Assembly (NCBI GenBank): GCA_053919585.1
Contig: CM132800.1
Length of the DNA stretch: 64,000 nt
Source: Euprymna scolopes
Taxonomy: Eukaryota
Strand: one strand, 5' to 3'
Shown here piece by piece: positions 14,034 to 27,806 of this stretch (positions within the stretch are counted from its first letter, which is position 1; every line of letters begins with the position of its first letter). The translations under genes and the position numbers were made by a program. The notes beneath the pieces are model-generated. The model saw only the letters and a program-made list of their open reading frames with translations, was not told the origin of the DNA and made no database searches.

Positions 14034-14036
<3 letters not shown>

Positions 14037-14091
<55 letters not shown>
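14037..14091. repeat. (TA)n microsatellite
   Basis: Direct read. Confidence 0.95.
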
Positions 14092-14094
<3 letters not shown>

Positions 14095-14235
14095 TGTTCG
14101 GATGATTAATCCGAATTGGAAAAGTCAGAACTGTATGGAGTAGGGGAATCAGTATCGGAGTCAGAAAAATTAATACCTAATTTTAGATTCCAAAACCGAT
14201 TCATTTTTAAATTTAATTTTCCATTGCTGATACTA

Positions 14236-15163
14236 CAGGGTGGAATGATAAATTTGCCACCTTAAAGAAAACACTACAGCTTTATTTTAAAACTTTTATT
14301 GAAAAAATCAATTCAGATAGCTTGATTATGTAGTAGAGCTGACATCTATTCAATGTAACCGCCTTCAGCCTCAATCATTCCTTCAAAACAGGTCCGGAAT
14401 TGGGAGCATGTCAATTCCACAAGCACCCGCGGGAGCTAACGAATACTCGACAGATGGCGGTGATCAGGCTGGCTTTGGTGTTGTAGGAGGTCATATTGGT
14501 GATGGTATCGACATATAACCAAACGAAGCAGTCCAGTGGGTTTAGGTCAGGGGGGAGGAGGGCCAGTGAGAGAAGGGTACAAAATCATAGCACTCCTTCT
14601 GAAGCCAAGCCTGGGTTTCTTTGGACTTGTGGGCCGGCGATGAGTCCTGAGTGGTGATCAACGCGGTGCAATCAGGTGGCCACTATCACACCCTGAGTGT
14701 GGTAGCGGCCACCTGATTGCACCACGTTGATCACCACTCTTCAGCACCTTCAAGTACACTTTGGTATTGACTTTCAAGCTGACTTCAGTGATGTGAGGTA
14801 GCATGATGTGGCTCTTACTTGAAACTGCACCAAAGACCATAACCGTGGCTGGAAACATTGTTGAGTTGTGCCCTTAAGCATTGAACCATCCGTATTTGCA
14901 TTTTGAGGGTGCTGGCCATGGTCCTGTTGTCATAACTTGGATTAATAGAGAGCATGAGTTGTACAGTAACACATCTCCGCTCTCGCTCATTGAACATTGT
15001 GTCACTTTCAGACATGATAGAAGGCCCCTATCACTCTTGGGATTTGAACACAACTGGCCAACTAGTAGATGGTCTGCAACAAAAAAAAGAACACTGGTTT
15101 TCATCAAATGAAAATAGAATTATGTTATCTTTTCTAGAGCGACAATTTTATCGTTCCACACTG
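14236..15163 (-). mobile_element. Internally deleted Tc1/mariner element, maT (DD37D)-like
   Basis: TIRs CAG(G/T)GTGGAA(T/C)GATAAA.., TA flanks (14234-35, 15164-65); transposase remnants VMVFGAVSS, QDSSPAH, WPSSPPDLNPLD. Confidence 0.85.
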
Positions 15164-16614
15164 TAATGATAAATATTTATTGTTTTTTAACTTTCAATAA
15201 AACTAAAGTTTATAGATTGATCTAAATATATTTTACTTGCATAAATAATGAAAATTGAAACTTTTCATAAATTCGTTATGTAACATTGCATTTGATTTAC
15301 AAAGTCCTAAACATGTTTAAAAATGAAAGTAATTTTGGGTAGCTAAAACTGGCAAATCTTACCAGGGGCAGCCAAAAAGTGTGGGAAAAAAAAGATATTT
15401 TCAAAGACTGAATTAGGTATAAATGAATTTGTGAATTTTCACGCCTTTGTGCCAGAAAAAACCTTTGGTGTTAGTTCTTTGATCTTGATTTTTTATGTCT
15501 GTATTACTTGAGACTTGTGAATTCCTTAGTGAAAGGCAGGCAAAGTGATCCATCATTTTCTTCTGAAATGAGATTCCTTTCCTCTTCCCATGTCTGTATA
15601 CTGATTTTAAAACAACTTTATTTATTTTTTTAAATATATAAACTGTTGTTTAGAATGGAGATAGAAAGTAATAAAAAAAATTATTCTTTGATATTAATAT
15701 TATTGAAATCATTTGGTTTCTCTTCCATTAATGAGACACACCCGAAAGATGGTGAAAAATTGGCAACATTAAACTATAAGTGTATTTTTAAAACTATTTT
15801 AAAGACATTTTTAATATGTTTTATAAATCAAATTTAATCATTCGCTGACAATTTAACCATATCCACACAGATCCTGGCCAGCCAAGCCTACTCAAACATT
15901 TTTCACTTTTCAGCAAAAGAACATTTTTCATGGTGCTATTCCATAATCCCACTTTCCTTGAAGAAATAGAAAGAAAAATCTTTATGATGTACATACCTAT
16001 TAAGGAAAAAAATATTGTACACCAAATGCATATCAATTGATTAAGACATATTTTTTTATAAAATAAATCACCTTTAAATGGTTAATGAGAATTCTTAGCA
16101 CCCCCATATTAAGAATGGCTTCCTAAAATTTTGCAAAAGTTTGAATTATTTACAATTTCCTAGTCCTGAAGAATGGCACCAAGAAATTGTCGATATGTAA
16201 CCATAAAATTTGACCTTTTTTTTTTAAATAAAACTACTTGATCAATTCACATAATTTTTGGTATACAATATTTTTTTTCTGTCATGGTTATGTACAACAT
16301 AAATATTTTTTTTTCTTTTTCATGGAGTTTTCACCTTTTTCACCTTTTAGTAAAAAACCATTGAACGCTTGCTTGCATTCTTTTTTCACTTTGTATGTTA
16401 TATAAAGTTAGTCATATATAGATACAACCAATAAAGAATCTCTTGTTTTTATCAACTAAAAGCCTAAGCAGGAGGTAATGTAGCAGTTACGTGATAAAAG
16501 ATCTATTTTATCTTATATGTACATGCAATCTCTTGCATAATAATAAGTTGGGACTTGGTTGGCAAAAAACATGCAACTTTAAACTTGCACATTGATATAC
16601 AGGTGATTAGCGCA

Positions 16615-19270
16615 TCATTATCTTATCCAGAGCGATGCTTTTCAGAGAGCTGAATATTCATGGCATTAAACTTTGTGTAATATTCAGCCTTTGTGTGGAA
16701 GTGATGAATAGAGACAACGAGAATGTATTGACCTTAGATTGTAAAATTTAAATGAATTGCAGCACACCAACTGCCTTTGAAAAGATAAAGTGCAAGATGC
16801 AAAAGTTTTAAAAACAGGCATCTATACATTCATTGCCGACAAATTAACTTCTCAACATGTTTTGGTTACTCTAAAGTCTATTACATCACATTCAATTGAA
16901 CAGGCTGTTGTTGTAATAATATAAGGTTGCATCCAGCAAAACCCTGCAGGTGAAATTTAAATCCATCTGAAGCTTTTAATATTTTACACAAGCCTTACTT
17001 GTATTTGCACTTGTCAATTGCATTGGTAGTTATACAAGTCATATATGGAGGGGAAGGTGCAATGGATAATTTGTATGATTGCAATCAGAGTGACCAATAA
17101 GAAGGAAGGACTGGATTTTGTGCATTTGCACATTTTAATATTATTATGGATATTTTAGTCAATAATGGATTCATAGTTAATGCATTGTCCATTATGTTGT
17201 TTAAAAAAAAAAAAGACAGTATTAGAAAAATTTTAAAACTGCATTTTAAAAAAGACAAGACAGGGACACAGTTCAATTTATACTCAAACTGAATTTTATT
17301 TTATCTTAATTAAAAAAACAAAATAATCAAATAAAAACATACAAATATCATTCTTTTAGTTACAATATAAGCATATTTTTTGTGTAGAAAATATAGTTAG
17401 TTCTGGTGTATGTAGTTATGTGTGTTTTTAAGCAGAATACAATCAAATGCTGCAATACTGAAGTTGGTAGACAAACAATTTAGAAACAAATGATAAATAA
17501 ATTTCAAAATGAAAACAAACAATAATTAAGAACTGATTAAATAATAAGTTTTGTAAATTCACATGTTGACACAAAAAATAAAAAAAAATTATTTGGAAAT
17601 AAATTTACCAATAAAGTTATTTTTTGTCCATTTTCCTCTATTAATTTGTAATCAAATTCTTTTTAACATGTTCAGATGTAATTTTGGTTCAACTGTTTTA
17701 ATTCTTAGCAGCCATTGTCTTTTTCCTTATTTCTGACACCAAACATATTTAAAGTTTTATATAATATTAGTACATGCAAAGAATTTTTTGACATCAAAAT
17801 TAATCTTGGACATGGTTTTTATACAAAAAGAAACAAATTTTAATACAATTTGAAATAAAAATCAAGCGATTTCTAGTCAATAATAATTCATGACTAAGAA
17901 ATTATCAAAAATAAAAATGTTGTTGACAGGTAAAACTTTGATATAAAAACTCAATTTAATATACATTAAAAAATAAATAAAAATTTTGAGGCTAGTGCAC
18001 TTATTGATCCGCACTATTTTTTAAATAGTATTTTCAAGTTTAATTAAAGTTTTACGATATGTTTTTATTAAATTGTTAGGTGAAAGTACAGAATATATAC
18101 ACAAAACCTTCCTGTCTCCATGGCTTTCTGAATAATAATGTTATTATTTCAGCATGGATCAATAAGTGCATGAGTACCAAAATTTTTGTATGAAGATAAA
18201 CAAAATATTTTATGTCATGCAAATTTGTTATTGTTTAAAATACATTTCAAATATATCTAGTGAATAATATTTTACGATTAAAATACTGTTGACTGGAAAC
18301 AATGGGCATAAAAATTCAATATTCTATATGTTAAAAAATTAGTATTTTGTATCAGCACAAAGTATTTTATGTTATGCAAACTTGTTATGGTGAAAATAAT
18401 ATTTAAAATTTTCACAACCATCCTAATTAATATAGATTTGATCATCCATTTTGAATTTTAGTTGAAATTATTTTTTTTTACAGTTTTCTCTTCAAATCAC
18501 ATTCTCATACAGAAAGAACTTTATACATTCTGAACTACCATACTCTACATTGCAGATTATCTTCTGAACTGCTCATGGGTATTTAAAACTTTATTTTCTC
18601 TCAGAAACTGATATTGTATAGTTATGTATGATCTTTGCTATTTGGTTAAATATACTTTTGAAATTTCTTTTCACACATCAGATTTTAACCCTCTTTTTTT
18701 CCTTTTTTTTTAATATATTTCTCTCTTGTAATTAAAGTAAATAAATATTTGTATTTAAACTTACAACTTGGTTATCTGGTGTTATTTTTCACTTGTCTGC
18801 TGCTTTTCTTTTATTACTGTTTTTTTTTTTAATAAGAGACTCCTCCCTCCCAAGATTTTTTTATTTTATTTTATACATCTTGAATCTTGAGTCACATCTG
18901 GATTTTATTTTTTTATTATTATTGCATTGCATGCAAGTCTCCATAGTTCCAATGGAAGTAAAGTGGAACAATCTAAATAAATTTTAATAGTTTTCATTTA
19001 AAATCACAATCAGACTTCCACCGTGAAAACAACATGACAAAAACCATCAGTATCATCAAAATTAGGTGTTCCAACAGAAATGACCGGAGATCTGTTGTTA
19101 ACAACATAATTTTAAGGAGGTTAACGATTATGCAGTGATTATGGTGAATTTACCTGACACAAGTAAAGCTCATTTTTAGGATGATCACTGGAATGTTTTG
19201 TTTTTTTTGAATAACAAACAATTACTAGATCAAAAATAAAATAATTTCAGATAGAAATCACCACTGTCAT
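16615..19270 (+). repeat. Older segmental paralog of 3305-3770 + ~6000-7350 + 13240-13617
   Basis: Collinear homology, e.g. ctggattttgtgcatttgc, tttgtgtagaaaatat..aatacaatcaaat, aaaaccatcagt.tcatcaaaattaggtgttccaacagaaat; lacks both Gypsy insertions. Confidence 0.85.
17991..18176. mobile_element. MITE (~185 bp)
   Basis: Perfect 15-bp IR TGCACTTATTGATCC (17996-18010 / 18156-18170); absent from the paralogous copy near 6870. Confidence 0.65.
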
Positions 19271-20100
19271 AGATTATGGATGATAGTATGGATTTTAACA
19301 AATGTGAATTGGTATGATCACAATGACTGCCTATACACGAAACAAACAAAATTCTCAAGGTCTACTCTGGACCAATCCGACCCAAAGATCAAATTTGACA
19401 AGATAAGATCACATATTGAAAACTGAGAAATACTGCATAGGCCGCTATCAAAAGACGATGTTTGAGGTGGCTTTTGAGGTTGACAAAAACAGTATTCATG
19501 TCGGACACATTTCCAGAACTAGTAGACAACATTTTAAGAGCCAGCTTACTCTTGCTTATGTGAAAAAGAATAAAAACTGAAAAATCAAATTTTAACTCTC
19601 TGTAATTGTAAAGGAGAAAAAAATCGAGCAGTCAACCAGAAAGCTTTTCTCTTTACCACAGATATTTACAAAGAAAGAAGACAGTGAAGCCACAACATTA
19701 ATATGATGGCACTACCAATTTGGATGATCACCATCACTCAGACTGAGATCGAAAAGGTGCTTGTATCTTTAAAAATAAAAAATGGCCAAAACTGACGATA
19801 ACAGAATTAGAAATTGTTTATTGAAGTTTTAAATTTAATGTTACATTTCATTTAAAATGCGCTTGGTTAAGTTTAGTTGAATATTGCTGAAATTTCATAG
19901 GTTATGACTAGCTTGTATGTTTGTATAGCAAATATGATTTGTAAGTGACCACTAGAAGCAAAGTTATGGCTGAGCAAAGTTGGCAAAGAATATTTTGAAA
20001 TTGATAAGATAAGTTGACACATATAACCAAGTTTCATACTAAATATAAACAAGTTATACTAATAGTAATAATAGCAGAAAAAAGCAACAGGGATGTTTTA

Positions 20101-20340
20101 GTATGTATGTACGTATGTACGTATGTATGTGTGCATTGATCATTGAGGATATATGACTTTTGCAATGCTCCTTCATGTGTATTTTACATGTATGCGCATG
20201 TGTACATGTGTGTATTCATATGTAAGTACATGCTTATAATGTGTGCCTCTATGTGTGTATGTTTGCATGTGTGTGTACATGCATATGTAAGTTTGCACAC
20301 ATTCTGTGTGTATGCATGTGTTTATTTCCTTGTGTATGTG
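20101..20340. repeat. Degenerate (TATG/TG)n simple repeat
   Basis: Direct read; explains spurious ORFs 20143-20346 and 20173-20382. Confidence 0.85.
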
Positions 20341-20454
20341 AGGTAGAGGCTGTGGTGAAGGCAACCCCTCTAGGAGAAGCAAATCTCTGATTTAAAAAAA
20401 AACATAAAGCGGGAGACCAGTACCCGCATTAAGCTGGTCTTCAGTTTAATTTGC

Positions 20455-23400
20455 CTTCAATATGCATTCATTGCTGGATTGCCGGAGTATGCGGAAGACT
20501 TGTTACAAGCGTCCTTTCAGATGCTGGTGAGTGCTCGTGCCATTTTAAAGAACTGCATGGGAGTTCCACAGCAAGCTGCATTAGCTGCACGGTCAACACA
20601 AATTCCACTTAAGGAGATGGACACTTCATGGCGGTGTTACAAGTGTAATGACTCAATTATAGAGCAAGCAATTGCCTACTGTATAATGCGACGGGAAGAG
20701 ATGTTAGTGTCAAGCCTCAACAACCTATCACGTGTTACTGATATAAGTGGCGAGGACACATTGCTAGATTTTGTCCGGGAAACGAGCAAGGGGGACAAGA
20801 ATTCGGTGCCAATCTCATCCTCCAAACTGGTGTAAATGGCGCATTGCCGGTTATCACATCAAATGACTACCGTGTACAGCTCTAGTGGATACTGGATGCA
20901 CACACTGGTCTGTCAGTCGTGTTGCAAGGAATGGATGAGGAAAGTGACCCAAGGTCAATTTTGCTGCTATCACCATCACCAAGCCTGACTTCTCCACAAA
21001 GTATAAACAGAACACTCGGAAGTGGACCACATAGTGGATATGAGCTGGCAACCAACCTCCACTTACGTTGAGAAATAGACTTGCCGAGTATCCAGCCCCA
21101 ACACCAATTCGTGAAGAATATGATGGCAAACTGAAGATGTGGATTAATAATGGTTAGCTGCTGCCATATTCTGAGGACGAACTTGGACCCCCAAAAGGTC
21201 TTATTCCTCTCGTGGCTATTGTGCAGAGAAAAAACAGAAAGTGTGGCCCGTTATGGATTACTGAGAGCTAAATAAGTTTGTGGACATTCATACGGCCAAT
21301 GCAGATGTTTGCTTACAAAAATTGAGGGAATGGCAACAACAGGGACCAAACGTTGCAGTGCTGGATCTACGCCAAGCCCATTTGCAAGTACATGTTGACA
21401 GATCTCTATGGTCGTTCCAAACAGTAGAGATTAACGGACAGCAATATTGTCTCACCCTCCTCGGATTTTGGCCTAACGTTGCCCCTTTAATAATGTGGAC
21501 CATTGTTAATACTGTCCTCAGCCAGGATAAGACTATAAACGCGACTACGTCTTCGTATATTGACAACATTTTTGTGAATAAAAGTATGTGTTCTGCAACC
21601 CGTATCAAGGAATATTTGGAGAAGTTTGCTCTGGAAAGCAAGACCCCAGAACAGCTGAGACTGGGTTCGCGCGTATTGGGATTACGCGTCCAGGAGGAGT
21701 ACGGAAAATTGTTATAGCATCCTAGAAGTGACTTTCCAGCAGTGCTCGATAAATTTACTTGCCGAATTGTATTTTCAGTATGCAGGAAATTGACGACTGG
21801 ATGGGATGACGAAGTGCGAGACCCTATTCTAGCATGGATGATTGAAGACATTTGTTTGAGAGCAGCCCAGGATGATCTAGTGAAAGGTGACTGGTATATC
21901 TGTGGAGAAGATGTTACAGTGTGGGTGAACGCCAGAACCATTGCTACAGGCGTGGTTGTGGAAAGTAATGGTTCCGTAGAAGAGGACGTAAGCTGGCTCC
22001 AAGTAGTGCATGAAGACAAACATAAATTTAGCTGAGCTTGATGTTGTGCTGTGAGGCATCAACCTTGCATTACAGTGGAAAGTCAAAACCATACATCTAC
22101 AAACAGACCCTGCCTGTGTATGTTGGTGGATAATTGACACCTTGTCCGAATAGATGAAAATGCACACCAAAACAGCTTCGGAAATGTTAATTAGGCGTCG
22201 CCTCTCCACGCTCCAAGATTTGGCCTCGGAATATGCACTAACAATTGATGAAGGGCTCATTAAGTCTCATGATAACAGAGTTGACCAACTTACTTGAGAA
22301 CCACAGCAGTGGTTAAATGAGATCTGTAAAGCGACAGAACTCAGAGAACTTGTGTGTGCTGTGGCCACTGAACATGAATATGTGTCTCAGATACAAATAA
22401 TTCATCAGTCTAGTGGACATCCCGGTGTGAAAAGCACATGGTACTTTGTTAAGTTAGCAAATTCACTAATAACTGAAACTGAAGTGTGATCCGTGGTTGG
22501 GGATTGTAAAGAATGTCAGTCCATAGGTCCCGCCTCAGTGCATTGGAAGCCAGGTAGACTTGATGTCCTAGAAACCTGGAGCAGGGTTGCTATGAGTATA
22601 CTTGACATTGATAAACTGTGACCCTAGCCATTTTGCCATTTAGAGGCAGCTGCACCGGCAGGATTCTGTTAGCGTTATTAAGCAGTTGCAAAGTATATTC
22701 TGTGAAAGGGGGCTGCCGACTGAATTGCTTACAGATAATGGGTGCGGCATTTTGCGGAAAGACATTTGCTGACTTTACACATACATGTGGGGCATGCACA
22801 TTCGATTTCGGTGCACCCACGTACCCTCCGGAAACAGAATAATTGAAAGGTCCCATCGCACAATAAAGCGCATTTTGGCAAGAACAAAGTGCATGATCTT
22901 AGAAGCAGTGTACTAGCACAACATCACACCTAAGGACAAGACGGCACCTGCCAATGCGCTATGCAATTATAAGATCCATATCAAGGATATTGACAAAGTG
23001 ATGCCACCTGACACTGCAGTTGCTAATCCATACAAGGACAGAGATGTGGTTTGGGTGAAGAATCCACCAGAAAGATGCATGATGCAGTTCAGCACAGGAA
23101 CAGTGACCAAAATAAATAGCCAACACTCGATCTCAGTTGATGGAACACCACACCACATAAAGGATGTGCGCCCAGCATGCTTACGTAATTGCATAATCAG
23201 TGATGAACTCACCTCATCAGATGATGAAACCCCACTGCTGTACAAACAACCAGATGAAGAAAGTTCCTCAGAAGATGACGCATGCAAAGATCCAGAGCAG
23301 GGAGAATTTAATGATGAGGTAGACTCAGACACCACTGAGGAAGCTCCTGAGCTTTTACCCTTAAGGTGAAGTACCAGGAGGAAACGACCTGCCCAGTATT

Positions 23401-23712
23401 GTCATTTGTATGATCTCGAGATCAGGGAGGCGTATGCCGCAAGCGCACAAGAGTTGTCAATTTGGCAAGATTGTTCGGTGCTGCTTGGGAACGTGTGTGT
23501 TGATTCAACGATATTGTTCGTAGTGTGGCATGATGATTTGGCGGTAGTGCTTGGAATTGCGTGGACGAATTTGTTAAAGACCGTGCAGTCACTTGTGAAA
23601 ACAAATATATATATATATATATATACATTTTTTCTGGTGCTCTCTCTCCCTCGTGTAGCGACAGATCATAGCACATCTGTCAAGATATATCTACGTTCAC
23701 TCCAATAACAAC
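20455..23712 (+). mobile_element. 5'-truncated Ty3/Gypsy-like LTR element (gag knuckle, protease, RT, RNase H, integrase, PPT, 3'LTR ~23432-23712)
   Basis: RCYKCN, ALVDTGC, VLDLRQAHLQV..YCLTLLGF..NVAP..SSYIDNI, ELLTDNG-like core, PPT gatcagggaggcg; domain order PR-RT-RH-INT. Confidence 0.85.
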
Positions 23713-26700
23713 ATGTTCTGACATGATGAGCACCTATCCAATCTGAGAAAAACACCAAGACAATATTGCTTTCATGTATGGCCATTAACCTGAATGATAA
23801 ATTATCCTCTTCAGAAAAGTTTAAATTTCAACAGGTTCTATATGTTCAGAAAGGATTTACCTGGGTATAGTAGTTCATTTGATCACTTCAAAGCCTCCCC
23901 AGCATCGAAGAAATTGGCCTCCCCAGCATCGAGACAGACTTCCCCAGTATGATGAAAACAAACTCCAAGATAAACAACTTAAGTTCAATGGGTTAGAATT
24001 AGTGTTGGGATGATTCATAAATTTTTTCCGGTTCCGCTTCCAGGAAAATGTTGATTAACGATTCCAATAGCAAGTACAATTCCAATTCCGGTGGAATTGT
24101 TGTTTTGAAATATACCATTATATAATCAAAAGTTTTTGTGTAGCGAAAAAATTTGGTTCAGCAAAAAAGTGGAAATACAATTTAGGGAATTTCGAAAACG
24201 ATTTGATTTTTTTCGTAAAATTTCTTTCATTGAAGATAAAAGTCAAAACAAATATTTTAACCATGAATTAAACATGCACCATGAAATTAATAACAATCCA
24301 TTTCAGGAGTTATTTTATACATTAAAAAATATAAAGAAAAAGTAAGTCATGATTAATTCAACAAAAATACATCAAATTTAAAGGGGAATAACATGTTTTG
24401 TTTATCTTTTCATATTCATTTTTTTGTTTTATTTTCTCTTTATCTTCGATAACTCTTTAAAATTTAACATTTTTTTTTGCAGCTTCAATCGCTAATTGAT
24501 TTTTATTCCACTTTCTAGAATATTATTTCTAAATCAAATTTAAAAATAACTAAATCTTTGATTAAATTTTTAGCCTTTTATATTCAAGTGTCTCAAATTA
24601 TTCCTATTTATTTATTTGACTTTTTAAAAAATATTTTAAACAATAATAATGTTATTTTTTAAATCTAAATAAATTGGTTTATTTCTATATTTATTTTTAT
24701 TATATAATTATCGTTCTTTAATGTTTATCCTTATTTAATGTCTTAATTTACCTCTTTATTTCTATATAAAAAAGTAAATTTTTGGTAATTGTTTATTTCT
24801 ATTGTTAAATAAAAGTCATTTATTGAACTTTCGAAATCGCCTCCACCTTAATGCTGTTTCTGACAACCTTTTTATTTTTATTTTTTGTTAGGGGTTGGGA
24901 AACATTTACCCATGCTCGCATCATGACTGTGATACCAGGCATCGGTGAATGTCGACCAAGCCCCTACAGTTCTTTAGTTAAACGGCTTTCAGTGACTAGT
25001 TAGTTTGCAAAGTTATGGTTCAAAAGATTTTTTTTTTTAAGTTAAACTTTTTTCCTTTTTTAATAAATTTTTTACATTTTTGTTTCGTTTTTGTTGTGCA
25101 AAGAAGTTCCAAAAGAAATGTTTAATTGCTTCATTCACAGAATATTTTAATGAAATTTAAATTTTTAAAAGAAAAAAAAAAAAATTAAATTCACTTACCG
25201 CATTTATTTAACAGATAGCAAAATGACTGTTTTCGTTTCTAGTTTTCAAAAGACCTTAAGCGGAACCATCAGTCAGCATAATATGTAGTTCTAATGTTTT
25301 TGTTTTTGGATACTTCAAAAAAGCCGGCCGACTGTCAAAGTTTTGCAAACTGATACCACGTGATCAGTTTCACTTTAGTTTTAGAGACTCTCTTGCACTT
25401 TAAGGAAACAAATGTACGAGGAAGAAAAATGGGACATAAGTCGTATTACACCGGTTGAAAGAATGCTGATAAAAACAAAAAAACGAGTAATATGAAAGAA
25501 AACATATTTTACGTCAGTCAGCGTGAATGAAGGTTGGTCTGTCTTTTACTCTTTTCATTTGTCAGTTATAAAGATATATCAGACCACTGTAAGAGAACTA
25601 AAAAAAAAAAAACATTGGCCAAAAGAAAAAAAATAAAAGAGAAAAGGAGAAAAAAAAAAAAATAAAACAAAACAGACAACGTGAGGCATAAACAAAATGA
25701 ACAAAAAGGAAAACCAACAGAAGTAGTCTCCCTTGTTCTATTATTAAAAAAAAGAGACACTGATGTAAGGGGCACAAAAAAAAAAAAGAATATATATATA
25801 CATGTTGAATCGGTTGTCTTTTCATGTTAAAATATATGCTGAAATTTCTCTGACCTATCATTTCTTACAGGGATAGAACAGTCGATTGCTTAATACATCC
25901 ATTCATTCATCTGACATCTACTTTACAAAACCACAAGCCGAGAGTCCATGTTTTAAGTCAAGAACAGCAGATAATTGTTATCTCCATTTAAAATGCTCTT
26001 TTTGATGGAGGAAGTCAACTAAATACAGGCTGGTGCATAGCCTCTCGCGTTTTTCCACGCAACCTGAGGAAATTCTTTTCTTTTTTTAAATTAATTTATC
26101 ACGATCGGATAACCAAGCTAACCTCAGAAGGGGCATGTCACAATGGCATCTCCAGTTTCGGCGATAAAGTGTAGAAGTACCCCCCCTCTTTTTTTTAGTT
26201 ACCAGTTGGAAAAACCACTGATTTTTACCATGATTTACTCGTAGTGTTTTATATCAACTGCAGTTGAACTCGAGCCAAACTCACAGAAATCCAGGTCAGT
26301 AAATGTAGAAGTAACTATTTTGGTCTTATTAGTGTTTTTTGTTTTGTTTTGTTTTTTTAAAAAGCAACTACTTGAAGCAATTTGGTCATTTTTTTAACGT
26401 ATATCAAATCCATTTTTTAACAAATTAAAAATTTTTAATTCTTCCTAGGCTGTTTGTTAAACAAAATTAAAAAAAAAATTAAAATTAAATTTTTTATAGA
26501 TTTATAAAATTAAACTTTTGTCAACAAAGCTGCAAAAAAATTAAATTTTACATTCTTTGTACATCTTTTTTTCTCAGATTTTTATTATTATCAACACTGT
26601 TCTTCAAAATGTCACACAGCTGAGTGAAAAGTAAAAGACCAAAAACCAACAACGAAAATAATTTTGGTCAACATCAAGAAGGTCCCTCTGGCATACTACT

Positions 26701-27343
26701 AGTATAACTTACTGAGATTGAATAGCAAAGAAAAATTTGACTGTTTCATGAAAAAAAGGTATAGACTGCAGAGAGCTTCTGAAACAAGTGAACAAAGAGA
26801 AATTTGCTTGCAGAAACAGGGAGAAAAAAATTGTAGATGTAGAAATTTAGAAATGTCCCAACAGAGAAAACTGACTGAGCAGCCAAAGAATAAGAATTGA
26901 AAAGACAAGAAATAGTGAAAGAATACAGAAAAGAGAAGGGAGACTGTGCAGCTGTTGAATAAAAAATAAACAAACACGAGGTGACAAGACACTGCAACAG
27001 AGAGAAGAAAGACTGAGTAGTCAAAGAATGATGATAATGTTGTGGAAAGATTTACTTTGCAGAATATTTAGAATAATTTATGGTGCAGAGCAAAATTACA
27101 GGCAAATGTTGGAAACGTGAATAAGTTATGTTTTTTGTTATAGAAACTGTACATTTTTTGCTACATCAATTTGCTACGTCAAATTGCCAAAGTTGCACAA
27201 GTTGTCAAATGAACTCCATTATTTGTATGATGATCAAGGCGAAGAAGCTTGCCATGTCAGTAAGCACCTGAGACAATATAATAGTCTGTTTTAAATCACA
27301 TATTTTGGCTGCAAAAAAATAAATTAAAAAAATGGATAGAATC

Positions 27344-27806
27344 CAGAACCATCACTTCCTTCACCTTCACAGAGCAGAACCATCACTTCCTTCACCTTCA
27401 CATGGCAGAACCATCACTTCCTTCACCTTCACCTGTCCCGTGGCAGTTACCATTGGAGCACTACAGATAACCTGTCAACCAGTCCTCTGCACACTTGACC
27501 ACCCTCGCTCAGCTCCAATCCTGTCCATTCAGGATTCATGCCTCAGAAATGAGATACTTCAGAAGACTTCTTGGCATCTCTTACAAAGACCACATCACCA
27601 ATGAGGAAGTCAAAAACAAAATAAGGCAAGCCATTGGTCTTTATGAAGATTTTCTCACCACAATCAGGAGATGCAAACTAAAATGGTTCAGCCACGTTAC
27701 AAGAGAAGAGAAACTTGCCAAGACAGTGCTCCAGGGAACAGTCAGAGGAAGAAAGAGGGGAAAACAGAAGAAGAGATGGGAAGACAACATCACAGACTCC
27801 ATCACT
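27344..27806 (-). mobile_element. 5'-truncated RTE-clade LINE with inverted 5' segment; TSD plus tail triplicated as 31-bp units (27344-27432)
   Basis: Plus segment 27531-27796 EMRYFRRLLGISYKDHITNEEV..KLKWFSHV..RWEDNIT; minus segment 27530-27421 continues EWTGLELSE.. to a GGTGAA tail; flanks cagaaccatcact / cagactccatcact. Confidence 0.85.

Noticed and set aside
15960-16320. ~85-bp degenerate inverted repeat (15960-16045 / 16237-16320)
   Set aside because: Probably an old MITE, but ends and TSD could not be defined.
19270-19800. LINE ORF2 remnant
   Set aside because: Only faint motifs; too degenerate to classify.
21288-22019. 243-aa minus-strand ORF (also 53201-53803)
   Set aside because: Antisense shadows of retroelement pol/ORF2 coding sequence.
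24000-24850. hAT-like MITE
   Set aside because: Putative TIRs match poorly and no TSD was found.
27344-27432. 31-bp repeats resembling a CRISPR array
   Set aside because: No unique spacers; eukaryotic context; explained as triplicated TSD plus RTE tail.
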